A stretch of 64,000 nucleotides of DNA from Tubiluchus corallicola (lineage: Eukaryota; Animalia; Priapulida). A program made the position numbers and the translations under genes. Under the pieces are notes generated by a model. It saw only the letters and a list, made by a program, of their open reading frames with translations, did not search any database and was not told the origin of the DNA. Shown one piece after another: positions 29,415 through 59,475 of the stretch (the first letter of the stretch is position 1; each line of letters starts with the position of its first letter). The stretch is taken from the NCBI GenBank assembly GCA_030141605.1, contig JAQGDQ010000191.1, positions 310,001 through 374,000 on the forward strand. The letters run 5' to 3'.

Positions 29415-29666
29415 AATTAAATTTTGATATCAATCTTGAAAGATTGGGATGCAGCCTGAATTCGAAAATATGAAAACGTTGCGATGCAACCTGAATTTGA
29501 ACCACAGACAGTGAGGGACCTTCTACATACAAGGCCTTAGACCTAGGCACAGCATTCCCTTGTGATCCAGTGATCAAGGCAATCAAAAGTAGGTTCCTGG
29601 TTCAAATCCAAGTTGAATCCCGGCTTTTCACATTCCTTCATTCAAATTTGATATCAAAATTTAATT
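29415..29666. repeat. Foldback element with 19-bp perfect terminal inverted repeats and two divergent tRNA-like heads
   Basis: AATTAAATTTTGATATCAA (29415-29433) is the exact reverse complement of 29648-29666; B-box-like GGTTCAAATCC on + (about 29599) and GGTTCAAATTC on - (about 29493-29503). Confidence 0.65.
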
Positions 29667-30701
29667 AATTATATCATCTCATTAGCATATTAAGTTTGGG
29701 ATAAACTAATTTTCCTAAAAGTTGCTTACTTCATAATGTTTCTTTATGTCATTAATAGATGGTGCTATGTTAGTGTGTTTGCAATACAGACAAGTGTTAG
29801 AAGTACTCTTAATCTATTTTAGAAATTATTTTCATTAGTGAAAATAGACATTACTATATTACAAAAATTATAACTGAGTTAGTTGAAGCTAGTCTAATTT
29901 TAGCACAAATTCAGTATAATAGCTATGGTTTTAACATAATAAATTTTAAAAACCTGCAGCCATGTAGTCTTCAACATTTATTACAAAAAATAAATTATAT
30001 TTACATACATGATATAATGTACACCTTTACAGATTACAAATGTACTTTTTTACACATTTTAATAAGCTCAAATAATAATTAAAATTTATCACATTGGTGA
30101 TACTCAAGAAAGCTGTACAGGACAAACATACATATTATTTGAAAACTCGACTCAGGTACTTGAAAAAGATATTTTTACCCCAATTTGTAACCTCAGAATA
30201 ATTGCTTAACTAGCTCTTCTTCCCACTCAAATTTCTTTTTTGATAATCATTACAAATTGAAATCATTGTTTCTGTGCAATGACTAAGCTAGAAAGTACGT
30301 AACAGATACGTGCAACAATTGTTGCTTTTGAGCCAGCAATTTCATTCACCAATACACATGTTGTCACTACTCAATAGTCACAATTGTAATTGATCCAAGA
30401 ATCTTGCTCGTGGTCATGCTATTACAGTTACAGCTTTGTTGCTTCATGGAAATAAAACACCCAGAAAACCTTACTGGTGTAGATCATACATTTCAGACAA
30501 ATTTCTAAAAATTGTTATAATATAAATTAGTTTCTGTATATGTTAGCAAATTTCAATCTAATCTAATCTAATCTAAAATGATTATGGTTGAGTATTCCAA
30601 AGTATCCCATCAAATGGGAAAAGACTGATGATATGCAGTACCAGTGGAAATGTTTGCGCAAAATTAGACTAACATAAAGTCCGTCATTAAAATTCTTTAT
30701 C

Positions 30702-33700
30702 CTAGACAGGTAATGTAGCATTGACTGCTTTAGATGATGCTGCATAAAATATTTTGCTGAAGAACTTCAGTCCTGTATTACCACCGGGAATATAGCTAAT
30801 TATGTACCATAGTAATGCAAGCACTTGACACACAGCAGATATGGCAGTGAACACAGTACTTCTCATCTGAAAATGTAAGAACAGAGTCAACAGACGGATT
30901 GAAAAACATAAAAATTCTGCAATTAGTTTCAGGATTTTGAATAACACTACTACTAAAGTAATATAATGCAATTACAGGTCAGTGTGAACTACAGTTTATA
31001 TTGGAACAACTCCAAAATAAAATTATTTTTACATTTTTTTAACCAATTGTTCAAAAAAATATCACTCGACTGCATTTCCTCTAAACAAAAGTGAGTTTAT
31101 GTTTATGTGAGAATTATGTGGGACTGCTCCAGTTCAAAAACATTTTCACATCAAGCAATCAAAATGAATGTACAGAATTTCAATACCACAAAATTTTAAA
31201 AGTACCTAGCATAGCTAAACCTTGAACCTGTAAAAGAGTGATGTCCTCTTTCAGACCTCTTTCACATACAAAAATGGAAAAAACAGACGATTTTTAATAT
31301 AAATGAATTCGGTGACTGGAAATTCAATAAAACCGATATTCAGTACATCTTGCTTTACTCAGGCTGTCTACCACATTACATTCTTGATCCTGACAAAGCC
31401 CTAATCTTGTGGATATTTTATCTTAAAAAAACTTACATAGAGAGCAAAGTACAAGGTAGCAAACATAGAAGTGAAGTAGACAGTTGTGAAAGGTAAACGA
31501 TCCTTTGAGAAGATATTCTTGAGATGATTCACTGGTCCCCAAAGCAGTGCATAACTACAAAAAAACACACACAATAAAAAATTAAAATAAGATTTTTGTA
31601 GGTTAAGCATAAGCAGTGTGTTATTGCTTCACACTTACCTGCTCAACATAAACAAGCTGCCAAAAGTGTAAAGAATTGCAAATTTTCTAGCCTTTACAAC
31701 GAGAAATGGGAAAAACAACCATGCCTGAAAAATAATGTAAAAATAACAATAATAGTTTCAGTTCCAAGAGAAAATAATTGAAGTAATGACTGCTTAAAAA
31801 ATACCATTCAAATCACAGTGGTGAGTGACTGACTGTAAGATAAACAGTACATAGGTCTAGCTGAGACCCCTTACTCTGCCTACCAGCACGATGTTCAGCA
31901 TATGTGCAGTGCTTTGCACATATGTATAAAGAAAAATTGCCAACTGAATTTCTATTAGTAGTTATAAGTGCATCGTACATTTGTCTAGTTTGCAATATTA
32001 TAATCTGTTATCTAACCTACATGTATATGAAAATTATTGTAAGAAAAATCACCAAGACAATGCTTTTAATATTTAAATCCATCCAATCCAAACTTATCCA
32101 ACTAATTTGTTAAAACTTCAAAGACTACAAAGACAATTTCTTTTTATTGTTCATAAATTATCTAAACGTATAACAGTCACTAAAGCTTATTACCTTGGTA
32201 GTAAAATTTTTAGGTTAGAAGGTCTGTTGTATTACTGTACCTCATATGTACATGTATAAGACTCATTTCGAGTTATTTCCAAACTTTTTCAATAATCCAG
32301 CTAAACTTAATATAAAACGGCATAACACTAGGTACAACGAATACACTATTAATTTTTTAAGAACTAATGTGCTAGTAAACACTTTATTTCCATTAATGGC
32401 TCTGTAACTTGGATTAAATTACTTGAATGCATTAAAACCAGTGTCAATTCATAAACTAAAGAAAAATCTTAAATCATACATATTTGCCACATTTCCTGAA
32501 CGATCACTTTGAATGTGTTGATGTGTAATGTGTATACCAATATTACTTCACAGTATGCACATGCGAATACTCACAATTGTCAATTCATCCCTATAAGAGT
32601 ATATACTATAATTGGCAAACATTTGTGTCTCTCTTCATTTTTTATTTTATTCTTATTTTGACCATATCTATACTTTGGAAATATTTTTATGACTTAATCG
32701 TCATCATAACATCATCATACTAACATATGTCATTCATGTATTCCTCGTCAACATGCTGAGTTTCTACCTTTTTGTACTTTGTCCTCATTCTCGAAAGAAA
32801 GTGAGTGAGAGAGAGAGAGATATATCATTGAATGCATTTCTGTTTTTTGTTTCTCAAATGTCAAATTTACCATTTATCCTAGGCTGCACCAACACAAGAT
32901 TTCTTCCTCGTGTTGTCCAGAGGCATACTAGTAGCCTCAATAAAAATAATTGATTAATGTTTTTTGTGTGAAAATTGTGTTAATTTAATGCTTTCTGTGT
33001 TAATTATCATTGTAAACTTGTATGTTCATGGTGAATCTAGCAATAAATTCTCTAAAAATTATCTAAATTGTGTTTTGCACAGTATTCCCATTGAGCCTAA
33101 TACTGTAAAATGTCATTCTACATTGACAACAGTAAGTTCAAAAACCTGTTAACTTAAGGCACAAAAATAATGTACAAATATTACACTATACTTTACTCCA
33201 GAAAATTTACACTATACTTTACTCCACACTGTGGTTGAAATGTACCCAAATAGTAATGCAATTAATACAAAAACTAATGAATGTTTTTGACTGTGTCAAA
33301 AGCTGTGGGAAGATTCTGTTTTTGTAACAGGAGATGCTTTACATGACAGCTTTTGTTGGTATTACCATAAGAATTATGTGGCTTCATAATAATTAACAAT
33401 CTAATTTGATATACCACAAACTAATAAAATCTTAACTTGTCAGTTCAATCTGTGACGTAGGGGTCTGCGGGCTTACAATGTGGACATAACCTATACCATT
33501 CAATTTGACTCATCAATGCCTTTGATTCAATCTATTATAAACTACTTTCATTCAACACTGAAGCATTTGTTCCCAGGTCAATCCAATTTGGATTTTTCAC
33601 CCTGGCGAGTTCAGGGATCAATCAATCTGGATGCAGCTTATTCCACTCAATTCGTCTCATCAAGACCTTTTATTTGATGCACTACAAGCTGCTGTTATCC

Positions 33701-33772
33701 GATACTGGAAGCACTGATGTCTCCGAACCTCAAATTTCAGTTTTTTAAACCAGGTGAAAAATTTTCTGATAC

Positions 33773-33859
<87 letters not shown>

Positions 33860-36800
33860 CAAATCGTCATTTGAAAAAGCTATTTACAATCTCTGTATTT
33901 GTAAGGAATTGTAACAAGCTGATTATTACTTATCTACTATTTTTGGCATAATGACTATCTTGTAGGAATATAAAAACTATTAGCTGGTCCTGCCCTGTCG
34001 GCTGCTGCCATCTGCTGGCTACTGTTACAAGCTTATGATAAAGCATGGACTAATATGTGTTGGCTTTGAGCAGTGATTCATGTTAAGCCAGTCTTGACAG
34101 AGCCTGCCACATGATCTAGTTGTGTGGTTTTTCGGTGTTGGTATTCTTACCTGGAGTCCACCATTTGGGATAGTGCAAACAAACCTAAAGTCACTTGAAG
34201 ATTGTGTTCATGTATTATTTACATATATCAAGTAAAGTTTTGCCCAAGATCAGAACTATCTTGTTACAGGAATATTATAACAAACACACATTAAAATATT
34301 GTTTATTTGTTTATTTCATGAAATTTTTAAATAGACGGATGAATAAACTATTCATTGGCATTTTTTCATGATAATTTCCTTTACAATGTATTTAAGAATT
34401 TTGTATTCATTGATGTTCCTTTCACTTGCTATCAAATAACTTCATGGAAGGAATTTGATTACGCAGTAACACCCAGTTATCTTTGTTAACCAAACTACAA
34501 CAAAGAACTAGATGTTCAGCAGTTTGTTCTTCATTGCAGTCATAGTCACATCTGTCATTGATGCTTTGATCTCTCTGATGATAAAAAATCTAGTTTTAAA
34601 AGTAATTATTTGACATCGATTCTGCGAGCCTTTCCCGTTTATTTAGTGGAAGCTCAAGAGGTGTAATGTGTGCTTTTATTGCAGTTGGCTTTTCTCCTGG
34701 TAACTGCGCTCGACTCCATAATCTGTTTGACCATATCTTTAAAGGGTGCTCTGTAATACAGAGTTTTGGAATATTGCTATCATATGCATGGGCACATTCT
34801 GTAATTTCAAGTTGCAGTCATTTGAATGCCAGAAATTATTTTTAGGTAGCGGCACGGGGGGGGGGGGGGCACGCGCGTGCGTGTGTGTGTGTGTGTGTGT
34901 GCATGGGTGTGTGTGGTTATATTTTATTAAAACATCTATTGGAGCCAACCCACACATTTGCTCTAATTTATCTCTGACCAGATTCCAGCTTATTCCACTA
35001 GCTGTTTTCATCATGCCGTACAACAAATTATCAAAAAGTTATGCTGCCTAAAGAGTGACACCTCAGATGCGTACAGAATGATGGATAGCACCACGACTTT
35101 GAATAGATTCATTATAGTTGGTAATCTTGACCCTGAATAATTTCTGCAGTTTTTCTTGAGACACGTGAATCATATTCAATCATGTACGAGACCTCCACCC
35201 CACCTAGCCACATACCAAAAATTGTATTGTAACTCACAAAAATTTGTTCAGAGGATGCAGCCTAATGAAAAAACACAAAGTCCCACCTATGTTATGGCCT
35301 CTGACCTAGTGGTGACAGGTCACACAAGATCAGGTCAAACAAAAATCCCCCAAGCTCGGAATTGTGCCGTGTGAGTTTCGTGACTTGAGCTTAGCCCTGA
35401 GGCTGTAGATTTGAAACTTATTAAAAAGCAAAAAGGCCAATAACAAAAACCAAGAATAAATCAAGAAGATTCTGAATGTAGACACATTTAGAAGACATGT
35501 TCATTGATGATGATTTTAAAGCCAAATGACATGCCAGCTTAAAAAAGATGCCTGTGTTTGCTCTTCAAACCACTGCTAGTATGCAAAGTCGAGTTTCATT
35601 TTGTAATCACAATGCACATCATTAGTGGTATAATTGGTTTAAAAAAGTGAAGTAAAGAGACAGAAATGCTAGGTGTAACTACTCACCAAGACAAAACAGA
35701 AAATTCCCATTAAATTACAACCAATAAATCCAAGTATTCTTTGCCTTTTTGTCTGAAACAAGGCAAAAAAGAAATCAGGAATAGGTTCATGAATGGGTAC
35801 ATTAATTGCTTTACATTATGATACATACTGTTGTATGACAAATTCATTTAATTTTTTCAAATTAATTGCATATTAGATATAAGGCAGTTTTTTGTTTGCA
35901 ACATCCTGGCAATTTTATGAAGACATTATACTAATACCACAAGAGCAAATTTTATGAAAAAAACAACAAAGTAGCACAAAAAGTCAAAGGCATCTATATC
36001 AGTAAGAACTCTGAACTTTTTCTGAAGTCCAGTGGGTGGCAAAGGACATACATGTGAATGAAACTATACATAAGGAATTTCTGCTGCACTTTTGGGAACA
36101 GCATTTCAACTGTTCAGAACACCTTGAGACACTTCACATGATCTCTGTGGAAAAGCATCACCTTCATAGTATTTTTCTAGGAGGGAGTATAAAATGAATA
36201 ATAATAGAGAGCAATTTACCATATCCAAGTTTAGCTAACTCCCTAATGAAATGTTATGTACCATTCTGTATATAATATGATTTATGAAAGTTTTATTTTA
36301 AACTAAATTATTTAAAATTCAAGTTTCAATATTAGTTATTAATGGTGATATAAACAGGCCAACTATTGAAATTTGAAAACGAAACTTGACAGGAGAAAAG
36401 AAATGTGAATGTGACAAAGTCTGAATTTCAACCAAGGATCTTTGGATTACAAATCTAATGTCATGTTCAAAATTTCTATAGTTACAGTCGTGTTTCACCA
36501 TCTCTTTAAACTTACATTTTCATTAGCTTCTGCAAGTTTATAATAATTTTGTCAGAAAGAGACAATAACACATTCACAAAACTTATAATAATGTGGTCAT
36601 ACATATGACAAGAGGGATAAACACTCCTTTAATAAAAGATTATTTCACTGAATTGTACTGTCTTATACAGATGAGAAAACTACAGAGTCTATGCTTATCA
36701 TGCCAAACTGGCAACACAGTTTTATTCTTAGAGTTGCATCAGTATGGAATTTCTTTGGTCTTTTTTATTCAAAAACAGTTGTAATTAGTTTTATTAGTTT

Positions 36801-37689
36801 TTTACTGCATTAAAAAGCAAATCTTCAATGTTCTTGCATTAGATGAAACAGAAACGTTTACTGCAGTAAGTGCTTACTTCCTCCCCTATGTAGGCCTAAC
36901 AATAATTATGCACGTTTTTTTCACATTATAATAACGTGACATAGGCTAACTATCAACGTTTGTGAGTCAGAATTTCAAGCTTGCAATTGCCTCAAAGTAA
37001 GCACACAAGTAAATATCTCAGTTTTAGTCAAGGATTGTATGGTTCAGTAATTTACTACAAGTTATTGAATTTTACAAGCCGATATAATACCATATGTGTG
37101 TAGATTGTTAACTATTGTAATTTTTCACATAGAGAAACAAAATATATATTTCATAGCGCTCAATATTTCTTGTGTGGTAACAACAGTCCTTTTAAGTACT
37201 TTTAAGTTGTATAGGCGTGGCTGAATAATTGATCACTCGTTTTTCGCCACCTCATCTGTACGTGTATACATATATGCTTTACTCGATCTGTTAATAATGT
37301 TAACTGATAATAATATATAACTACCAAGTACCAATTGCATAATGAATTTTGTATTGGAGATGAATAAACTAAAACTGAACTCAATTAATCATCGCCTAAA
37401 CTGCACACCAGCCAGGTTGGTCAAAATTGATTTTAGCATTCTAGCTAAGCATGCGAAAATAACAAACACAAACCAGAGAAGGACAAAAAGGATCACTTTT
37501 TCCTTCTTTTAACCAGCTGCTGTTCACATCATTTGAGTTGCTTCCTTCAAGTTCTTCACCATCTGACTGTGTTTTAAACCACGAAAAGGCAGATAATTTT
37601 GGTGCGTCGGGCAATAATTTTTCAGTAATGCTAGATTTCTTATTTTGTTGAGAAAGATATTCCTTTAAATCTTTGTTGATAGTTGCCAT
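30702..37689 (-). CDS. SFT2D3: Vesicle transport protein SFT2 (SFT2D3/SFT2C-like, Got1/Sft2 family), 216 aa, 5 exons
   Basis: Exons 37689-37474, 35752-35687, 31724-31639, 31554-31437, 30866-30702 (651 nt, GT-AG, in frame). MATINKDLKEYLSQ N-terminus, PSLTKRQRILGF, KARKFAILYTFGS, LWGPVNHLK..FSKDRLPFT, YIISYIPGG.TGL, C-terminal LPV; four hydrophobic segments. Confidence 0.92.
33776..33860. repeat. (AAT)n microsatellite in SFT2D3 intron 2
   Basis: About 24 perfect AAT units then degenerate GAT/AAT units. Confidence 0.95.
34856..34915. repeat. Poly-G run followed by (GC)/(GT)n microsatellite
   Basis: G14 then CACGCGCGTGC(GT)n. Confidence 0.9.
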
Positions 37690-37764
37690 GTTTTGTTTTT
37701 GTCCTGACACCTATCGACTGGCGCCGAAAAATATCTATGGGCACTTTGCTTCACTTTAGCCCTT

Positions 37765-38970
37765 AGGCTTTGGTAGTGTCTCTCCAAAAATCTGAAAAGA
37801 AGAAAGGACTAGTAGAAAATTTAAGACCAATTATACTGCTGAGTTTACTAAGGAAAATCTTGGCTATATGCATGATCAGACGCATATATGACAGATTAAA
37901 TGGCAACATTCTATTAAGTCAAGCTGCATATAGGAAGGGATGAAGCACTACTGAACTAGTAATGTCAACAAGAATACTAGCAGAAAAACAGTCACATCCA
38001 GTTCTTACCAAATCACGATCTTGTTACTTGATAGCAGGAAGGCGTTTGATACTGTAGAGGAAGGAATTGTGTTTGATGACCTACAAACTGTGCTACAACC
38101 AGATGAAATGCGCATTATTACAATTCTGCTAAAGGATGTTAAACTTACTGTAGAAACTGGGAACACCTTAGGAAGAACTTTTAACACAAATATTGGGGTC
38201 CCCCAGGGGGACTGTCTTAGTCCAATGCTTTTCACGTTCTATCTAGCAAATACACTTAAGATCCAAACTACTCCAAATGATTATTATGATTACGATACCA
38301 CTGTCTGTGATAACCTTCCTCAACATATTCTGGATCACCCCTATCCTGCTTTAGAATCTTATGAACCATACCTTATTGATCAACAATACGCAGACAATTT
38401 TGGCTGGATTAGTGTAACAAATTTTCAAACTACGTAAGTACATGGGCACTTTTCTAAGTACTGAAGATGATATTAAATGCAGAAAGTAACAAGCTATGCA
38501 TACTTTTCTTCAGCACAAAGGTGTATTAACTAGCGAGAAAGACATAACATAAGACTTCGATTATTTAATGCTTATGTTATCAGCATATTTATGTGCAACA
38601 GCGAAACTTGGGGTTTAACGATTGCTCAAGAAAAGCAGATTTACACATTTCATGGAAGTCTTCTTAGGAAAGTTTTAAAGATGAGATGGCCATACATAAT
38701 CAAAAATGAAGATTTATACACCAAAACGAAAGAAATTTATTGGAGTTCAAAAGTCAAAATCCGAAGATTAGGATGGCTATGACACCTTCTAGGATTACCA
38801 AATGAAGCACCAGTAAGAATCGCCTTAAATCCTTGTAAAAAGACACCTGGCAAACCTAAAACAACTTGGATAGCGAAGATAAATAAAGATGTTCAACAAT
38901 TTCAACCAAATCTATCTTTAGGAGTACAGGAATTTAGCTGCAGATAGAAGTGATTGGAATACTCTGATTT
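37765..38970 (+). mobile_element. 5'-truncated, degenerate RTE-like non-LTR retrotransposon (reverse transcriptase pseudogene)
   Basis: NLRPIILLSLLRKILA, QAAYRKG*STTE, LLDSRKAFDTV, GVPQGDCLSPMLF, YADN (decayed YADD), NSETWGLT, IRRLGWL*HLL, GKPKTTW, DRSDW; stops, frameshifts and an internal deletion. Confidence 0.9.
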
Positions 38971-40379
38971 AGTACAATAGGTGGAATGAGATTGTGAAGA
39001 AAAGACATTAGAAGATATCCCATATTATTTACTTGCCAATTTATCAAAACATTATTTTGGCAGTGTACAAAGTCGGAAATATCAAACTTTATGGGAAAAG
39101 TTGACCTGTCCTGTGTGAAATATAATTACTGCATGAGAAGGTGATAGTGATAATAAATTATCCTGTAAATCTGATTAATTATTCTCAAATTTATTTGAGA
39201 AAAAAAATTTGGACTATGACTAGTATGAGTATGATGTAGGTTACGTTACTGTTAGTCCCAGTGGCGGTTCAAAGTTAAGAAGAAAGTTACCGTTAAAGTT
39301 AAAAAGCCGTGTCTTTTATAAGACTGTAAGTACAGTATTACTACTGTAAAAGCGTTCGCCTTATACATAGTAAGGCCAAAAATCTCTGTTAAAGTGCAAC
39401 AGCGGTTGTTGTGAGGTTGTAGCGCAGGCAACAATAATTAACTGTCATGTTATTTTGTCTATTAATGTTATGTTTATATTTATCTCTTTACAGTACACAT
39501 TTATTTATGAGCAAGCCTGATATACTCTAGAGTATACTGTCAGTTAAATTAATCTGCTCGTGTGTTGCTATGTTTCAAATTGCATTGTTTTTTATTTGCA
39601 TTACATGGTTTAGTTCTTGCTGATTAATGAATTATCTAAATTTAATATTTCTTTGAATAAATTGTCATCATAATCATTATGATACCAAAATTTGCTCCAA
39701 AATGTTAGCAGACATTAGGGGGCAGTTCTACTTTATTTTGATTAAAAGCTCATTATGTTTTGTTACTGTACATAATTACCATTGCATGATTTATTTGCTA
39801 TGTTTTTCCTACTGCTTGAAATTCATTAATTACTTTACAGCTTTACATTGATTGGTCACTTGAAATTTTACTGCTTCGTTTTATTTTGTTTGATTTCACA
39901 AGAAGCATGCTTCACTTGTAATCTTAATATCTTCGCAGAATAAGGATAGTTTAACTTGATGATCGCTTTCAGGCTTTCACCATCCTTTTTCCGCATTTCA
40001 GCAACTTATTATTGTACTAATTTATAATGTTTGGTTATACTATGTAAGTAAACTATATCTGAATCTAAATCTAAAGCTATGGTAACCATATAAATTACCA
40101 TTTTTTTCTTGTATTTTATGTTTGATGGTCCACTGATTTCTGTATAGATTTTCAGAAATCTGATACATAAATGTACGAGCTACTTCGATGGGCTTATGTG
40201 CATGCATGCACAGTAGTTGCAGTATATGACTAACTTTAATAGTTATCATTTGTAGTTTTTTATGGCTTTCATCTTGCTTTTAGGTTTTGGAAAGCTGTTA
40301 GCTATTTCCTTCCCCAGCTTTGATAATGGAAATGGTAAAGATCTACTAACTATTTGAGACTTAACTTTCGGATTGCCAA

Positions 40380-51264
<10,885 letters not shown>

Positions 51265-53369
51265 CTCAAGTTTCAGTAGCAGTGGAGAAACAACAGTGTT
51301 AAAGTGGTACCCGTTACTTCACTTTTAATGTCAACGATGTATCACCCAAGTATTTGTGGAGTTTTTCACAGGAATGTCATCAACGTCATGTAATACAGTC
51401 TAAAGTGTAAACTTTTAAACTTTCTTTACTCAAAATACAAAGATAAGTATTATTTTTTACTGTTAAATTGTGTTTTTTAAGTTTTTGTTTGCCGTTACTA
51501 TACTTGCTTTGTCGTGATATATATATATGTTGTTTTCTTTTTTGAGCTCTTATAAAGTGCTTTCATTTACAATTCTGTGCGATACCTGCAATCCAAACAA
51601 ACTTTCTATTTAAGCAAAGGTGGTTAAATAAGGCAAAGTGAATTATTGTAAAAAATGTATTGTCGGTCTGGTTACTATTAAAGAGTCTTGGTGTTCTTCT
51701 GAGTGTTGAAAGTCTTCTTAGCCTTTAGTAGTGCACTTTTAGGTTGCTTCTGAAATGACTAGTCAATTATGTAAGTAAATTTTTTAGGACTTCGCTTATT
51801 GAATGCTGATTTAGCTATAAAAATAATACTCCAAGGTACGCCCTATATTGTAAAACTGTCACATCAGCAGCAAGAGAACAAATCGTCATACTGGATTACA
51901 TTAAATAGTTTTTAACTACCATATTGCCACGAATCTCATGATAATCATGAATTTCATCGTCGTCTTAAAGTTACAAAATATTTGCTGATACAGTGTGCCA
52001 TACCATCATATGTGCGCTATTTTAGCTGAATAACGAACAGTGTTTAATAAATGCAATAATAACTGCTTGTTTATTGTTTCCTTGTTCTAATAGTTAGCTT
52101 TTCAAATAAATAAGGCAGGTTAATGGCATTACTTTCTCCAAAAAAATTTTGCTCGAAAAAAGTTTTATGTAGCTGACGTTGTAAGCAAATATTAATACTT
52201 TCAAACTTATTTTCAAAACAGTATGACTTTTCTGTTGAAAATACATTTATAACTTATGTTAGTTGAATACTAATTTTTGTAGATGGAGCCATAAGTTGTG
52301 TAAGCAGTGTAGTACGCCATGCATAACTTACTGTTCACTAGAATTGCTATTTACCATTCACGAGTTCCAGTGCGTATTTTAAAAATTGTCTATTGTCAAA
52401 CTTGATGGAACTGACCATTTTTTATGTATTCTAAGCATTCTGTGAGGCTTTCTTGACTTGAATATAGATCTCTTTAGTGATCTTTGTCTTAGATGTGTAG
52501 CAATAATCAATATTATAATGCAATTTTGAAATTTTGTTTAGCTGATGAAATCACTGTTGCTTTACGCACAAAATTTGTCTGTTTGGTGTTGCATTCCTAT
52601 AAATTTTCTATAACGTTGTATATGTAGCTATAGCATCACTCACTTAAACAGCTTTAAACATTTTTAATGATTCATGGTACATGTGTAGAATGACATGCAT
52701 ATAGGCCTATGATTTCTTCAAATTTTGGAAATTTTCTGAGAACAAAAAACATTGAGTTAAGAATCTGATTTTAAAGTTAGATTTAAGATCAACTTGATCA
52801 AACCTTAAACTTTTCTTCATACTATTTAGTATTATTAGATTTTAAAATCTTGTAATTATTTATAACAATAAATTTTTGTTACATTATAATATAGTGTCAC
52901 TGTAAGTGATAACTTTTGAGGGTTTGCAGTGTAAGTTACAGGATTGTTAGAAGTCAGTGCCAAATGTGTGAACAATGGTATTTACAGAAATTGAATCATT
53001 TTGTTGTAAACTTGATTATCTGTTTTGGTCATATTTTATATTTATACATAATAACATTTATACAAATTGATGTGTTTTGCTGTGATAAATAAATAAAGAA
53101 AAAAATCTAATAATTTTGTCTTTTGTTTGCATTACTGAATAACTGGTCATAATTGAGGTGGGCTTAAAGTTTGTATAAAAAGTAATTACAAAAGCTCAGC
53201 TTCTGTGTTACTTTGGCAATTATTTATCAAGCTCGTGCTGTTCTTTTTATTAACAGTCTGTGTTACTCGTTTCTCCTGTGTCATTAAATGAGTCACTGGA
53301 ACTGGCTTTTTAATTTTGTGTACCATATCTGCACCAGAATGACCGGACTTTAAAGATTTTCTTCATAAA

Positions 53370-53518
53370 AAAGTGGTCGATAAATTATGTAGATCTGAAA
53401 ACTGTTTATTTCTAAAACCAATCGTTAGATGGCACTACATCATCAAAGCGTAGTTTCACGTGCTAGACAGTAGAGTGGGAAGTACTGTACCTGCCATCCT
53501 GAACTTAAAATTGTAAAG
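53370..53518 (+). promoter_or_regulatory. Putative SRM-B proximal promoter/5' leader
   Basis: Between AATAAA near 53088 (probable SRM-A poly(A) signal) and ATG 53519; CCAAT near 53418, TAGATGGCACT near 53426, E-box CACGTG 53457-53462. Confidence 0.4.

Positions 53519-59475
<5,957 letters not shown>

Noticed and set aside
33180-33225. Two copies of TTTACACTATACTTTACTCCA
   Set aside because: Simple local slippage duplication, not CRISPR-like.
33451-33774. Possible solo LTR (TG...CA ends, AATAAA on minus)
   Set aside because: No target-site duplication or second copy in the window.
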